From assembly GCA_907165135.1 (NCBI GenBank), contig OU015568.1:12772001-12836000 (forward strand): a DNA stretch of 64,000 nt. The letters run 5' to 3'. The notes below the pieces were generated by a model. It did not search any database. It was given only the letters and a program-made list of their open reading frames with translations, and was not told where the DNA came from. Each line of letters begins with the position of its first letter. Position 1 is the stretch's first letter. A program made the translations under genes and the position numbers. This document shows, in pieces, positions 28,497 to 42,157 of this stretch. This DNA is from Oikopleura dioica. Lineage: Eukaryota > Animalia > Chordata.

Positions 28497-29890
28497 CGTA
28501 CAGGGTCCCATTTTAGTTTTGAAATCATGCTTTACGAACTCATGATTTGATAATTATTTTTACTTATTATATCCGTCGTTATCTGTCGCCATTCTCTTCA
28601 AAAAACAACCATCCAGCTTGCCGGAAACTGCAATCTGACATTATAAGTATTTTCCTGAAAGAAAAATATATTTTTTCGCAACTTTTTTTCATCATTGCAG
28701 ATTATTTTTTTCGTTTCTTTACATTTCTTTTACCACGCTTTATTTTTTCAATCCCAACCTAAAAATCAAGTTGACCCGATGCCCGCATTAACACACAGTT
28801 TTCTATTTTCTGTACCACAAAAACATAACTGATTTAATCGCTTGTTTTCGTTGATTTTCGCGTTGTTGCATCATACCAGTAGTCAAACAAAGCAAAGTTT
28901 TACCTTTCTCTCCTTGAGCTACTCCTCCATGATATCAGTTAGTCAAAATATCAAAAACGCGCTAGTAGTGAAAAGTATTTCAACCCGAATACTCGTTTAA
29001 CAACCTTAAAAATATAACGACTCCTTACCATCAGAATCGCTAGATCCGTTTCGAACAGATAATTGGTGTTCAGCTGATGTCAAAGTGTTTTACGTTTCTT
29101 TTGTTTTCCCGTTTTCTTCTTTTCAGAATTAACATTTTTCTTCAACAATGTTCCTAAAAGTGTTTGGCCCGTTGTACAACGAGTCCGGGCAAGACACAAG
29201 ATGACAACCTTACAAAGTACCCCTCTGTACAATATCAAAGTATTCTTAAAACCCCATCAAACATGAGCCAAAGTCTTTCCTGCTCCTAAACCTAGTTTTA
29301 ATCGTAACCTGAGCTTTCCATTTATTTCTTTTTCCGTTTTACCCAACTCAAACTTATTCTTTATTTAATTTTCTCTACGTTCTTTTTCTTTCACTTCATT
29401 GTGTCACTCACGAATACATATCTCTTTGTCCAAGGGCCAGTAAAACATACAATACTCTCTTATTTATCACTTTAATTTTGCGACACAAATTTTCAAATCA
29501 ATTGCTTCTCCTCAAAAATCTATTTTATCCCGTTGCCGGTATTCTCGAATTCGCACTGAAGTTAAAGTGTATCTGTTGCCCTTTTTATGTCTCTTTTGTC
29601 AACACACTGCTGCATTATTATTTACAGTTTAATTTTATTTATTATTTTCTACAAAAGAGCAACTGGTCTTAGTTTCATCCGTCGACACACTTTTTATAAA
29701 CTACCTGAACAACTCACTCAAAATATAAAAATACTCTCACTCAATTTACTCTCAAAATACAGAGTAAATTGAATAAACAGCAGCTTTCGATTCTTTGCAG
29801 TTTGTTTTGTCAAGCAGGTTATCAACTGAAAGCCGAAAAACTAAGCATAGAATAATAAAATACAGGCTTAAGTAATGCGAACTCGTTGAA

Positions 29891-31614
29891 ATGGTAACTT
29901 CCGAAGGTGTTCTACCCGATGCCTTCAATCATGCGGATTATAAATTGGAGCTTATTCCCAACTCGGGACCACGAAAATTTGACGCCAAAATGGACATGAG
30001 AGGCACTCTTGAAATCGTTCCCCGAGAAGAAGTTGAGCCCCTCGAGCTTATTGAACTGGTGGAAGTTAAAGAGGACAAAGTAAAAGAAGAGTCGGAAGAT
30101 CATCCGCCTCCACTGGAGTTGATTCCTTTGAATGAGAAGTCAAATCCTCATCTGTCGAAATGGAAACAACTAGCGCCGAGTACCCATCATCACTGTCTCT
30201 TCGTCGGTCGTTTTCTTCAAAATCTACCCGATAATTTCGAGATTTTCGAGAAGCAAAGAGCGACACTTGCGTTCATTACGATCGGCTTTCTACATGAGCT
30301 TAATTTTGAAACTGACTGTAACTTTGAAAAATTCGATGGGTGGTCTTACGAGCAAATTCTCGAATACGTTCAACTCCGACGACAACTAGGTAAAAGACCA
30401 CTTCTAACGCGAAATTTAACCTTGAATTTCAGCCTCTCTTGGGAGCAAACTGTTGATCGCTCTTTCACCATCTGAGCATGTTTCTGATCCCAATTTACTT
30501 CGCGACGCAATAGGCAAGGTAGCCAATGTGAAACTGTTGAATTCGCTGAATGTCCATCAACTGTTCGCGCAACTTGAAAGACCAGAACAGCATAAAGAGC
30601 TCCGACATCATTGTGGATTAATGGTCAAGGAAGAAAAAGTTCTTACTCAACTAATCAATGGTGATATTCAAATTTACCCGGAGCGTCTAATAATTCTGCT
30701 GCGACTTGAGACGTCAATAGAAAATCTTGGAAGCAAATTGTTACGATCAGATCTATTCGAGCTTATTGAAGATTACATGCGCAAAATCAAAAGCGTGCCG
30801 TATTTTGTAACTCAATATAGGTGACCAATTTTAAATATGCTTAATTCACCTTAGATTTAGACTTAATGCTCTTCAAAGCTCAAAGAGGAATTTGTGCGCA
30901 CTTCTCGTCATTCTACTGCCATTCATTACGAGATCTTTCCAGCACTGGAAAATGGCTCAAGCGTCACCTTCGAAGAAATGGGTTTGCCCTCTGTGGAATA
31001 AAGCAGTTCTCGATATTTTCTTTCGTGTTCAATCATTTCTTGGAGTCATTTTGTCTTGTGAAATTATTCCAAGTTTACAATCAATACTAAATGGTTCTGG
31101 ACTGCAGTGCATGAACTTCTTCCGAAGAATACGACTTCTTGAAACGTAAGTTACGGATCATAACTTATGGTAATAGTTTGTTCTTCAAAAAATTTTAGCA
31201 TCGAATACTTTGAAGATTGCCGTCTCCCCATATTTGTCGGCCAAAGACTACTCCAATCTACTGATACGCGTTGGACAATATCCCCTCAAATTATATCCGC
31301 AATGATCAAAAATTTTCCTGCTGAATATCAAGTCAAAATTGTAGAAGAAGCACTTCAATCAAACTTAAGTCCAAATGTAAGTCTCGAATAATATTGTACA
31401 GTATGTCCAAAGATAAAGTTCCAGTATTCAAAATATGTTTAATACACCAGTACTGGGTACAGTAAGCATTAACATGTGTTGGAAGCTTCTGTATGAATCG
31501 ATTTTGGACGAATCCATCGAACTCGTCTTAGATCCATGGTTTCCGCGGTTGTATTTGAAATGTTATCATGTATTTCTTGCCGCTCAATTTCTCGATTTCG
31601 CGTTGTCTCAGTAA
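29891..31614 (+). CDS. Hypothetical helical protein (orphan; 3' structure uncertain)
   Basis: ORFs 29891-30475, 30453-30824, 30892-31149 and 31167-31391 can be joined by GT-AG introns; Leu-rich helical composition; no family recognised. Confidence 0.5.
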
Positions 31615-31674
31615 TGTTCGCGTGTCCCGGCTGTGAGAAACCCTGGTCTTCTCCGGGCTGAGTCGTGGATCCTA

Positions 31675-31778
31675 CGGCAGTTAGATTTTCTGGCATATTA
31701 GATTTTCTGGCAGTGCCAGAAAATCGCCTTTGCCAGAAAGTCTAACTGCCAGAAAGTCTAACTGCCAGAAAATCGCCT
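31675..31778. repeat. Palindromic array of 16-17-bp units (TTAGATTTTCTGGCA / TGCCAGAAARTCTAAC)
   Basis: Two forward and four reverse units around a perfect 12-bp inverted pair GATTTTCTGGCA-G-TGCCAGAAAATC (31701-31725). Confidence 0.8.
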
Positions 31779-32033
31779 CTCTCGCCTTATATCGTCCCGA
31801 GGTAATCGCCGGCACTTGCGTCCGAAACCCATTCTGAAAATTTCAATTATGCGACTCGAATCTAAATCGGCGCGTTTTTATACTCGTTAAAACAGTCGGG
31901 ATTTATCTTTATTTATCTTGCTTTCTCTCTTTAATTTTTGTTCTGGCGCGGAAATATAATTTTTCGAAGTGATCTGCATTGAATCAAAGAATCTGATGTC
32001 TAGAAAACGTATTTTTCAATTCTCGAAAGAGAA

Positions 32034-32857
32034 ATGATGGCGCCCTTAAAGCTTTTCCTCATACAGAGAATCTCGAAGATATATTTTGCCCATAATTACG
32101 GTATTTACCCGCACTTAATTTTTTTAGATTATCTACGGTGCGATCGAACAATTATTGAGACGGCGAGCAACTTTGTTATCACAAGAATTTCAAGAAAAGA
32201 ACATTTCTACCAAAATAGACGGAATAGTGTTGGCTTTTCTTCGGCGCTGGCGAAACAGTCACAATGGTATCCGGATAATCATGATTTTGAAAAGATATCA
32301 TCGAAAGTCAGAAACTTCGATTCTAGCAAATTTGTATTTGCTTAGTCGTATCAAAAGAAGTCGAGCTCAAACGGGGGTAGACCTTGTCGAAGAAATTATC
32401 GAAGAACTTCATGGCTGGAGACTTAATAAATTCAACTACTCGAAATCCAGCAAATCTGATACGATTAAAAATACGGCAAGAATATCCTCCCATACGAACA
32501 ATATTTGGAAAAGAGGCTCATTTTCAAGGAATCCATGTTCTTATCCTTTGATTGTGGATGTTATTATCAAGTCGAAGAACTTCCCGATAACACTTTATTC
32601 ATGTTTAACAGAAGGCGATATCAAAAAATTCACAGTGTTAGTGGAGTAAATTCAAAATCAGTGAAAATAATCTCAAATTTAGTGACCTGATTAACTACAC
32701 TCTAAAGAAGGGCGTTCCACAGGAGCTCCTGTTCCAGATGCTACTCCAAATTTCCAAACCGCACAGAAAAGATCCTTATGAACACGGCCTTACGAGCTCC
32801 TCGTATATTTACGATCATATTTTCAAGCTAATCAAAGCTAACTTTGGAGATGCTTAA
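32034..32857 (+). CDS. Hypothetical protein (frame of 5' part uncertain)
   Basis: ORF 32155-32649 plus a downstream exon DLINYTLKKGVPQELLFQMLL..KANFGDA*; 103 nt upstream of the ZIP7 ATG. Confidence 0.4.
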
Positions 32858-32960
32858 ATTTTCTTCTGCTCCTTATTTTCCTTATTCTAAAATTGTTTTC
32901 CAACTTCAAACCTATCAATAAAGTTATAAACTTCGAACACTCATCAAGAAACATATTTCA

Positions 32961-34451
32961 GATGAGGGTGACTCCGTTTGCCTTATTGGCATTGTCCAGC
33001 TGTCATAATCATGAAGCCGATATGAAAGCAGGTAGAATTAGCCAGGGTCTCCGTCCTCTTAAAATTTTTCAGCAAAGCATCGGTGGAGCAAAGAAGCCAA
33101 CGAAGGACACGGTCATGCCCATGCTGATCATGGGCACTCGCACGATCACGGTCACTCACATCAACACCACGACGATGGTGGATGCCACGGGCATTCTCAC
33201 AATGGAATGGATGTCCAAGAGCCACCGAAAGAAAAGTTTCAAGGCAAGAAACAATACATTGCCGAGCAAACTCTTGAAGACAAAATTGACATCTGGTTCA
33301 AGGCACGAACAACTTGCCCCACTTTGTGGATAATCGTTTGTTTTTAGGCTCTTTTCGCCACTTTCCTGATTTCTGCCGCTCCATATTTCATCTTATTCAG
33401 TGTTCCAATCGAAAGCAATACAGAAGAAAATAAACCATACTTGAATGTAAGAAATCAATTATCGCAAAGTCAAAAACTAATCCTACGACTAGATCCTGCT
33501 GGCATTCGCTTCCGGTGGCCTCCTTGGCGATGCCTTTCTCCACCTCATTCCTCATGCGTCGCACTCCCACTTGCCGGACAACGACGATCACGGACACTCA
33601 CACGACCACTCTCACGGACATTCACACGAGGAATCACATGGGCACTCGCACGACGCGGAGATGGGTATCGGACTCATGGTTTTGCTCGGAATTATTGCTT
33701 TCATGTGCGTCGAGCTTTTCGTCCGACACATGAAAGGAGGACACGGACATTCCCATGGTGGTCATGGTCACTCGCACGCTCCTAAAAAGGCGGTGGAGGA
33801 AAAGAAAGACGATAAGGATGATAAAAAGACCAAGAAAACCAAAAAGGCGAAGAAGGCGAAGAGCTCTGACGATGAATCCTCCGATAAGGAACAAGAGAAA
33901 GAAGTCGAAAAGGAATCTGAGGAAGAAGAGTCTGAAGAAAAAGAAGAAGAGCAAGAGCTCGCTGTTGCCGGATGGCTCAATCTCGCTGCTGATTTCGCTC
34001 ATAACTTTACCGACGGTCTCGCAATCGGAGCCAGCTTCCTCGCCGGCGAAAGCATCGGTGTTATAACCACACTCACAATTCTGCTCCATGAAGTTCCTCA
34101 CGAAATCGGTGATTTCGCTATTCTTGTCCAGTCCGGCGCTACAAAAGAGCGCGCGATGATGCTCCAGCTTGTCACTGCCCTTGGAGCAATGATGGGAACT
34201 GTTGTTGGTCTCCTTCTTGGCGGTACTTTCGGAGCTGTTTCAATAATCTTGCCCTTCACTGCTGGTGGATTCATTTACATCGCGACTGTTGGTGTCATTC
34301 CTGAACTCCTTGCCAATGACAAGGCTACTCCAGCTCAGGTAAACCTCTATTCTTGAGAGTCAAACGCTTATCTTTGCTTCAGAACATCAAGGAAATCATC
34401 GCAATGTTCCTTGGAATTGGCCTCATGGTCGTCATCGGCTGGTTAGAATAA
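32961..34451 (+). CDS. SLC39A7: Zinc transporter ZIP7/Catsup
   Basis: Signal peptide, HxHxH tracts, [69 protein letters not shown]. Confidence 0.95.
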
Positions 34452-34760
34452 TTTGAATAAACTACGGTACAAGCATCCTTTCTTTTCCGAAGCGGCTCAC
34501 TTGCCATTATAGAAAGAATTTATTCTTAGAATCGCTACTTAGGTTTATATGTGCAATAAAATAAGACTGAACTTTATCTTCTTTTACTTATATTTTTCTG
34601 TTAAAAACGCAAGTCTATTTCACGGGTGAATTTCTTCTTTATCTTTCTTTACCATTTTAAGTTCATAATAAATTGATAAAAGTAGTCTTTGGTCTTTGGC
34701 TTTTCATACGAAAAATCAAATGACAATGCACACATTTAGTTGCTTTAATTTAGAGGCAAA

Positions 34761-36216
34761 ATGGAAGCCCTAATAAACGAAGCAAAGGCTCGTCTTCAGT
34801 CCGAATTTGGTTGTTCTAGGAAAGTTATAAAATCGACAATATGACCATTTTTCGCTAATTAAAACTCCGCAGGTTATCAATCACAAGGCTGTCTAGGCAG
34901 CTTAAAAAGGCTCTTTTTAATATTTTATAACTCAATCAAGTGATGAACAGCTAATTATTGCATCTGCTCCTGGCCGTGTAAACCTCATTGGCGAGCATAC
35001 TGATTATAGCAAAGGATTTGTGTTTCCCATTGCCTTGCCTCTTCGAACTGTTTTGGTCGGTTACCCGAACAACTCTGATGATATCAAAGCAGTCTCTCTT
35101 GTTGTCAATGGAAAGGTGGAGTTTAACGTTTCGGAGATTCAAACGGGTGATCCTTTCTGGGGAGACTACTTCAAAGGAGTAGTTGCTGAATTTCAAAAGA
35201 AAACCGGAAAGCATGTTCCTGGTTTTAATGCTGTTTTCCATTCGAATGTTCCCCTTGGAGGTGGAGTGTCTTCCAGTGCCAGTATGGAAGTGGCTACTGC
35301 TACGTTCCTCGAAGCCCTGACGAAAATTAATCTTGAGTAAGTGAAGAATATATAAAGCGTCTATATCGACAGTTTGACCGCAATACCGAAACATGAATAA
35401 GATGATTATTTTGTTAATGCATACTAACATGAGTTTAGCCCTACTGAAAAGGCATTACTGTGTCAAGCCGCCGAGCACAACTATCCAAAAAACCCGTGCG
35501 GTATAATGGATCAATTTATTTCTGTTCATGGAAAAGCGGATCATGCACTGCTAATCGATTGCCAAGACGAATCTTCGAAACTTGTAAACATGCCATCGAG
35601 TTCTGTTTGCTTCTTTGGTAATCTCGAAATTTCTTTCTAGAGCTATAATTTTCTGTCACAGTGATTAACTCCAACGTCAAGCACAAACTTTCCGGCGAAA
35701 ACAATCCGTTCGCCGAGAGACAAAAGAGTTGCTTCAAAGCAGCCGAAATATGCGGGGCGAAATTTTTGCGAAATGTTACTCTGGAGGATCTCGAGAAAAA
35801 CAGAGACAATATGGACGCCGTCACATTTAATCGCGGCCTTCACGGTGTGAGTGAAGATAAACGCACATTGGAAGCGGCTGAGGTTTTGGTGAAGGGCGAT
35901 TTCAAACGATTTGGCGAGTTGATGAATGCGTCGCATGATTCTCTCCGTGATCTTTTCGAAGTTTCATGCCCTGAGGTTGACGAGCTCGTAGAAATCGCTA
36001 GAAAAACGAAGGGTGTCTATGGAAGTCGAATTACTGGCGGTGGCTTTGGCGGATGCACCGTTACACTTATTGAGAAAGATGCCATTCAGTCGCTCAAAAA
36101 TGCTGTCAACGTAAAGTCTAATGCAGATTCGTGAGTTAACAACTTTTTAGGCAAATTACTCGAAGACGGCTACATTCTTCGACGCGCCCGCTTCCGATGG
36201 AGCGAAGATTCACTAA
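34761..36216 (+). CDS. GALK1: Galactokinase 1
   Basis: APGRVNLIGEHTDY, VPLGGGVSSSAS (GHMP motif), CGIMDQFIS, SLRDLFEVSCPEVDELV, GSRITGGGFGGC. Confidence 0.95.
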
Positions 36217-36403
36217 TTCTACAATTTTATGTTTTGATTATTATTCTGTGCCTTATGATTCCCTTGAATGACACTCAACTTATACTCTTATCCATACAGT
36301 TGCAATTTCTGAGTATTACGATAATTGTTCATCATGATTCCTGCCAAATGCTATTTGATTAACGCTTTCAATTTCAAAGTCTCCTGAACATTGAGTTTTT
36401 AAG

Positions 36404-39400
36404 ATGTCGATTTCGGGGGCTGATCTCCAGCTTCTCAACAATATCTGTGAGAACGGGACGTATTTAGAGGATAATGACGATGTCCAGCAGCAAGCAGGCG
36501 ACATTTTACGCGACGTCTCCAACTGGAGTGAGATTGAGCCGGAAGTCCAAGAAAAGCTTTTTATTGCCTGTCGCCAGTATCTGGAAATAAGCATAGAAAA
36601 GCAAGAGATACTTTACGATGAGCTCGACGAGAAGGATAAGATGATTAGAGACGTTCAACAAGAAAGCAAGATCTCAGTGGATTATGGGATGAATCAAGGC
36701 GCCCATATGATTAAACAGCTTGAGGAGCAATTAGACCAGGAGCGTCAAGATCACGAGCGCGAGAAGACCGAGCTCATCGCTAAAATTGAGAATGATCAAC
36801 GAGAATTTGAAAGCCAGCTTCGTGATAGAGATAGATCTTACGATAGCCTCTGCAAGGAAATTGAGACGCTTCGAATGAACCAGCTCAAAGTTGGAAACGA
36901 CGCAGCAAATAAAGACGATTTATCTCGCAAACTCAATGAGAAGAGAGAGCTTCTTTCGGAACAAATTGATGCGAATCAGAAACTCGAAGAAGTCATTAGA
37001 CAATTGGAGGAGCAGAATAAAACGTTGCGCGATGATATGGAAGAGGCGACGAAGCAAATGATTGCGATGGACGCTAAATACACGAAAATGGAGGAGCGCT
37101 ACGAATCCGACGATGTCGAGCATGAATCTTTGTCAAATGAAAGAGACAAGCTCAAATCAGAAGTCGAAAATCTCCAACAGGCACTTGGCGAACGAGAACA
37201 AGAGACAGAGCAGATCAGAGTTGAGGTCGTGCAGAGAACTAATCAACTTGTCGCAGCGGCCCATGAAAAAGATCTCGAAATTGCCCGGCAATCAAAGCAA
37301 ATTGATGAATTAGACCGTCAACTTCGCAATGCTGAACTCGCCCCAGAAAAGAGGCGTCTTCACGAGCAAGAGGAAGAACTCAAACAACGCGCTCTGAAGA
37401 TCAGCATCTTAGAGGAAAAGCTCAATCAATCACTCAATGATGTGATTGAACTGAATGAGGTAATTGCCAAATTCAATCAACAGCAGACCCCCTCGGCTGA
37501 GCTCCATCATCTTACAAGGAGATACGAGTCGGTTGTGAAAGAGTATGAAGCTCTGAAAGGCGATCACGCGGACCTTGAGCAACGCGTCCAAGAACAAGAG
37601 CTACACCTTCGCGATGTCGAGGATAAACTTTCCAAAGAGGTTCATATTCGAACCAATCTTGAAGCCGGCGTCACTGGACTTCCGGAAGCGCGAGCAGAGA
37701 ATAGAAAGCTAGAACAGACGTTGACGAAAAGGACCAAAGAGCGTGACAGATTAACGATGGGCATCGGGGAAATCGACGATAAACTCACAGAGATGATTGA
37801 TGAGAACGACATCTTGCGAGCCCAACTTGAACGTGAGCAACGCGACCTTACTGATATTTCTAGGCTTAGAGAGCAGTTGAATATTAGAAACAAGACGATG
37901 CGCTCAGAGAATGAAACGCTCCGTGCGAAGGTTGAAGTTCTCGAAGAAGAACGAATCGAGCTCAAGGTGCGCGCTCGGCGGGCAATGATGAATTCGCTTC
38001 CTGAGAACGTCTCCACGGCGTCACTGACGCAGGCCCAGCTCGACCAAGTAACAGATCTGATTGACATCTTGCGCAGTGGTCAGCAGCCCGTCCCAGTAAA
38101 ATCCAGCGAGGAGAGTAATCTTCAGAATAAAGCCATCGAGGATCTGACGTATGGTGTACAAAGCGAATTAAAAGCTCTCAGGGGAGAAATACAGTCATTT
38201 ACTGATGCGCGCGTTTTAACCTCGTCAGCTCAATTACCGGTACAACTCGAGGAGAACGGATCTATTTCAGTTGACGGAGCCCAATTTACGGATCTAAACG
38301 CGCGGCTTATGCTCTTACAAAACGAACTTGACTCTGAAAGAAGAAAGTATAAGGAGCTAGAGGCCACGGTCAAATCAGGAGCCGTGCCAGAAGCTACTGA
38401 GCCGCGCGATCTATTAACCCAGTCAGCAGTGGAGGCCGAGAGACGTGAAAACGTCGCACTTCAAAGTACGATCTCCGATTTGCTAGAAAAGATAAAGTCT
38501 CTTGAAGATACTGAAGCAGAGCTGCAAAGAGAACTCGAGGAGAAATCATTAAAGTGGTCGAGAACAGAAGAAGAATATGAAACACAGTGTTCGGCACTGC
38601 GCGCAAACGTCGATAATTTAACCACTGAGCTGCAGCAATGCTCCGTGAACTTGGAAGAATTTACACGGTTGAAGAATTCGCTCGAGGGTTCAGCCGATCA
38701 GAAGGAAAGCCAGATTGCGGACTGCATCGCTAACTTGACAAATGTGAGGATAGAGTTAGTTCGCCAGAAGAGGGCAGTGCGCTTGGCTGAGCACGAGGTC
38801 TCATCCTTCAAGCGGAAACTCGAGCGAAGCGAAGACATTCTCGCAGCTCTGCGGAAGAAAAACCTGAAACGCATTGAATCAGTGGGAAATTTCCGAAACG
38901 AATACAAGCTGCAAATTTCCCGCTTGCGACAAGAACTAAGCAGCTCTGTGCCTCGATATCAATACGAAAAGATTCAACTTGAACTCGAGAAAAAATGCAT
39001 CCATATTCGAAAGAGCGCCGAGATGGCGACTAATGAGGTCGTCGCAGAAATTGAACTCTCCCATATGCAAGATAAATTCCTCAAACTACAGATCGAGAAA
39101 GACCACGTTTTCAAGGAGCTTACGATCGCGAAAGAGAAGTTGGCACTTTTGTCTCACCTGGAAAATGACGAAAACACGCCGCCAGTCGAAACAATCAGGT
39201 CAAAATACGCTGCCTTAGAGATCAAGGAGCTGAATGAAAGGCAGAAATGCGCGCATTTAGAGAGAAGAAATGAAGAGCTTGAACAAGTTAAGTCGACTTT
39301 AGTGACGCGCATCGCTGACTTGGAAAAATCACTAGAAACGCTGAGTACGAAGGCAATCGCGCAGGCGGACAAAGAAGGCGAATTAAGGACCGAACTTTCA

Positions 39401-42068
39401 AAATCAATTCCTATCGATGTTGCGGACAAGACAAAGGCTCTCCTTCAAGAAACAGTCGAAGAAAACGTCTCCCTGAACTCAGAAACTGAGAGACTTCGCA
39501 ACTTACTCGCGCTAGAAGAATCGCAGACAACGCAGTTACGAAAAGAACTAGGCCAACTGTCAAAATCGGTCGAGCTACACGAAAAGAGATTGAAAAATAC
39601 GGAACTCTTAGACTCTGATTCAGAAGCTACATTCCTCTTACTCAACAAAGAGATAAACAACTTACAAGCGGAAGTGATTGAAAGCAATAATTTGAAAAAT
39701 CAAGAGGCGAAAAAAGCTGACAAACTGGAAGAGCGTGTCCTTACTCTCGAGAAAGATGTGAACCAGCGTGACATACTTTTGTCGATATTAATTAGAGAGT
39801 CATTTCAGCGAACGTCCGTCTTGGAAGCGTCAGTGAATGAGTTCAAGAGCAGTTTTGCTGGGGCGATCCCTGTCGAGTCCCTGGAGAGATATCAGATGCA
39901 AGTGGCGAAAATCAAAAACCAGAAAAGTGAGCTGGAGCGCCATCGTGAAGCACTTCTGACAGAGAAAGGAGATCTCGAATCTGCTAGAGTAGAGTATGAA
40001 GTCAAATTGGCCGGATTGAATGAGCTTATGGCGAAGCTGAAAACGACTTCGTCACGCGAAAAGGTAATTTTCCATTTTAATTGGCATTTCTTTAATTTAC
40101 TCTTTATTCAAGTTTGATTAGTTATTTTGAACTTTAGGAGATTCTGAATGTCCAGGAGTGGCATCAAAAAATCGAATTTGCAAAGATGTCCGAGCAGAAG
40201 GCTAAGCGCTCGGCAACTGAGGCAAAGACTCTGAATTCAGCTCTGAGAACACAAATAGACAGTCACTTGTGCACGATCGATGAACTAGAAAATGACTTAT
40301 TAACGCGACAGAATGTGCATACTAACTATGCCGCGATGGCAAGTCGTCACGAATCGGTTATGATTGAGATCCGAGAATTGATGGATGACCATCACAAGCG
40401 AAAAGTTGAGGCGCTTAATTCCACGACTGAGGCCGAATTGCCGGATAATTTGGCGGAGAGGTCGTCGATTCTTGAGCGAAACGTTTTAGGAAACGATCTT
40501 AACTTGATTCCATTCTCACGCTGTAAAATTTAATGGATTTATATATTTGCAATCTATATAGAGAATAATTTATGAGTATTGAGCACTTAGCGTTATTTTG
40601 ATCGTAAATGAAGCTCTCAAATCCCACGTATCCGAACTCACAGCAGACAGCAAACGATTACGTGAAGAAGCTTCAGCTGCCTGGGCAAAAGTTGTCGACA
40701 AAGAATCAAAAATTTTGCACCTGGAACAGTCCTTATCAAAAGCCAGACACTTACTCGAAGAAAAAGACAGAAATAGTGGCAATGTGATTATTCAGGGTCT
40801 CGAGAGAGATCAGCAGAATGTCTCAGGTCGGGTTACTCAATTTCGAATTCTGCTGATGAGCCTAATGATCCTGGGGATGTGTTTTCAGCGACGTTTATGA
40901 TCCATTACTCAGGCGTAACCCAAGTCAGGCGCTATAGAAGATTCTTCTGTTATGGTGAAGCTTATGATGCTAGAAAAGAAAGCGTCGCAAGCGAATGCTG
41001 TTATTGAAACGAAGGTATTTTTGTCCCATTCTGTATATAAATCTATCTTTTTTCAAAATCTGCGTCAAAGAGTGATTAACCAAAATTACGTAGGAACAAG
41101 AGCTAAATGCCAAGAACGAGACAATCAAGCGACTGGAGCTACGACTGAAGGTAAATTTACTTACGTTCCACCGAACTGACGTAACGCTCGTATCATAAAC
41201 GATAAATTTCACTCGTTATTTTTGAGATTCGTATTTGCAGTCAAGCGCTGTCAAATGAGTTGACCTTTACCACACCTAAATATATTGTTTGATCAGTTTT
41301 TTGTTAACTGTTGCAGTCGTCTGCAAACACGCTGACAACAGCAAACACTTATAGCTCCATTTTTCTGACAGGTTGGTTGATAGATACCCAGAATTCAGAA
41401 TTTTGGAGATCGTGAAGCAGCAATTTTAATTTCAAGAGAGCATTTTTACTAATGTATTTAGGATGCCCGACGTGAACTTCGCAATCTTGAACTCCAGCAC
41501 GATGAGCAGCTGTCCGAATTGCGACAGCGTTTGACAGCAGATGTGAGTGAACGCGCACTGCATTTAACGAGGACCCAACAATCCCTGACGGCAAACGCTG
41601 CTAATGCAGCCGCAGAGGAGGAGCTTGCAAAAATGCGTCAACAGCTTGACAAGAAGTCGAAAAAGATCGAGAGGCTAACGGATACTGTGAAGAAACAGCT
41701 GGAAATAAAGAAAATTATAGAGAAAAAGCTTGAGAAAGCTATTGCTCAGGCCCGTGACGCGCAGGGGAGCGCTGAAGCACTTGAAAAGGATTATGAAACA
41801 CAAGTAAAACTACTCAAAGAAACTATTCAATCGAGGAATGACGAAATCGCCAGAATGAATAGGTAACTACTTTCGAGTATCTACAGTTGCCAGGAGACAG
41901 TCAGAGCTGCACAGTATGCCAGACGCAACAAACAAGAGATCAAGCAATAATCGAGGAATTTTATAGCCCGAGAGTGCCGCCGCCTTCCTCAATGGCCAGA
42001 TCACGTCGAGTAGTCAGCGCACGGTCAAATCGCTAAAACCATTCCATTTTTGTACACTGTCACCATGA
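36404..42068 (+). CDS. CEP290: Centrosomal/transition-zone coiled-coil protein CEP290 (3' end approximate)
   Basis: 1237-codon coiled-coil ORF. Remembered CEP290 landmarks: LEAGVTGLPEARAE, LEIKELNERQKCAHL, QEWHQKIE..EQKAKR. Confidence 0.75.
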
Positions 42069-42157
42069 CTTCCTTGTGCCATTTCTTTTTTATTTTTATA
42101 ATTCACAATATTTTCTTATTCAAATCGAGCGTCAATCAAACCCTTCAGAATGATAAC

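Noticed and set aside
34815-34955. Possible GA-AG first intron of GALK1
   Set aside because: All-canonical splice solutions exist (AAA|GTTATA..GAACAG|CTA), so it cannot be supported.
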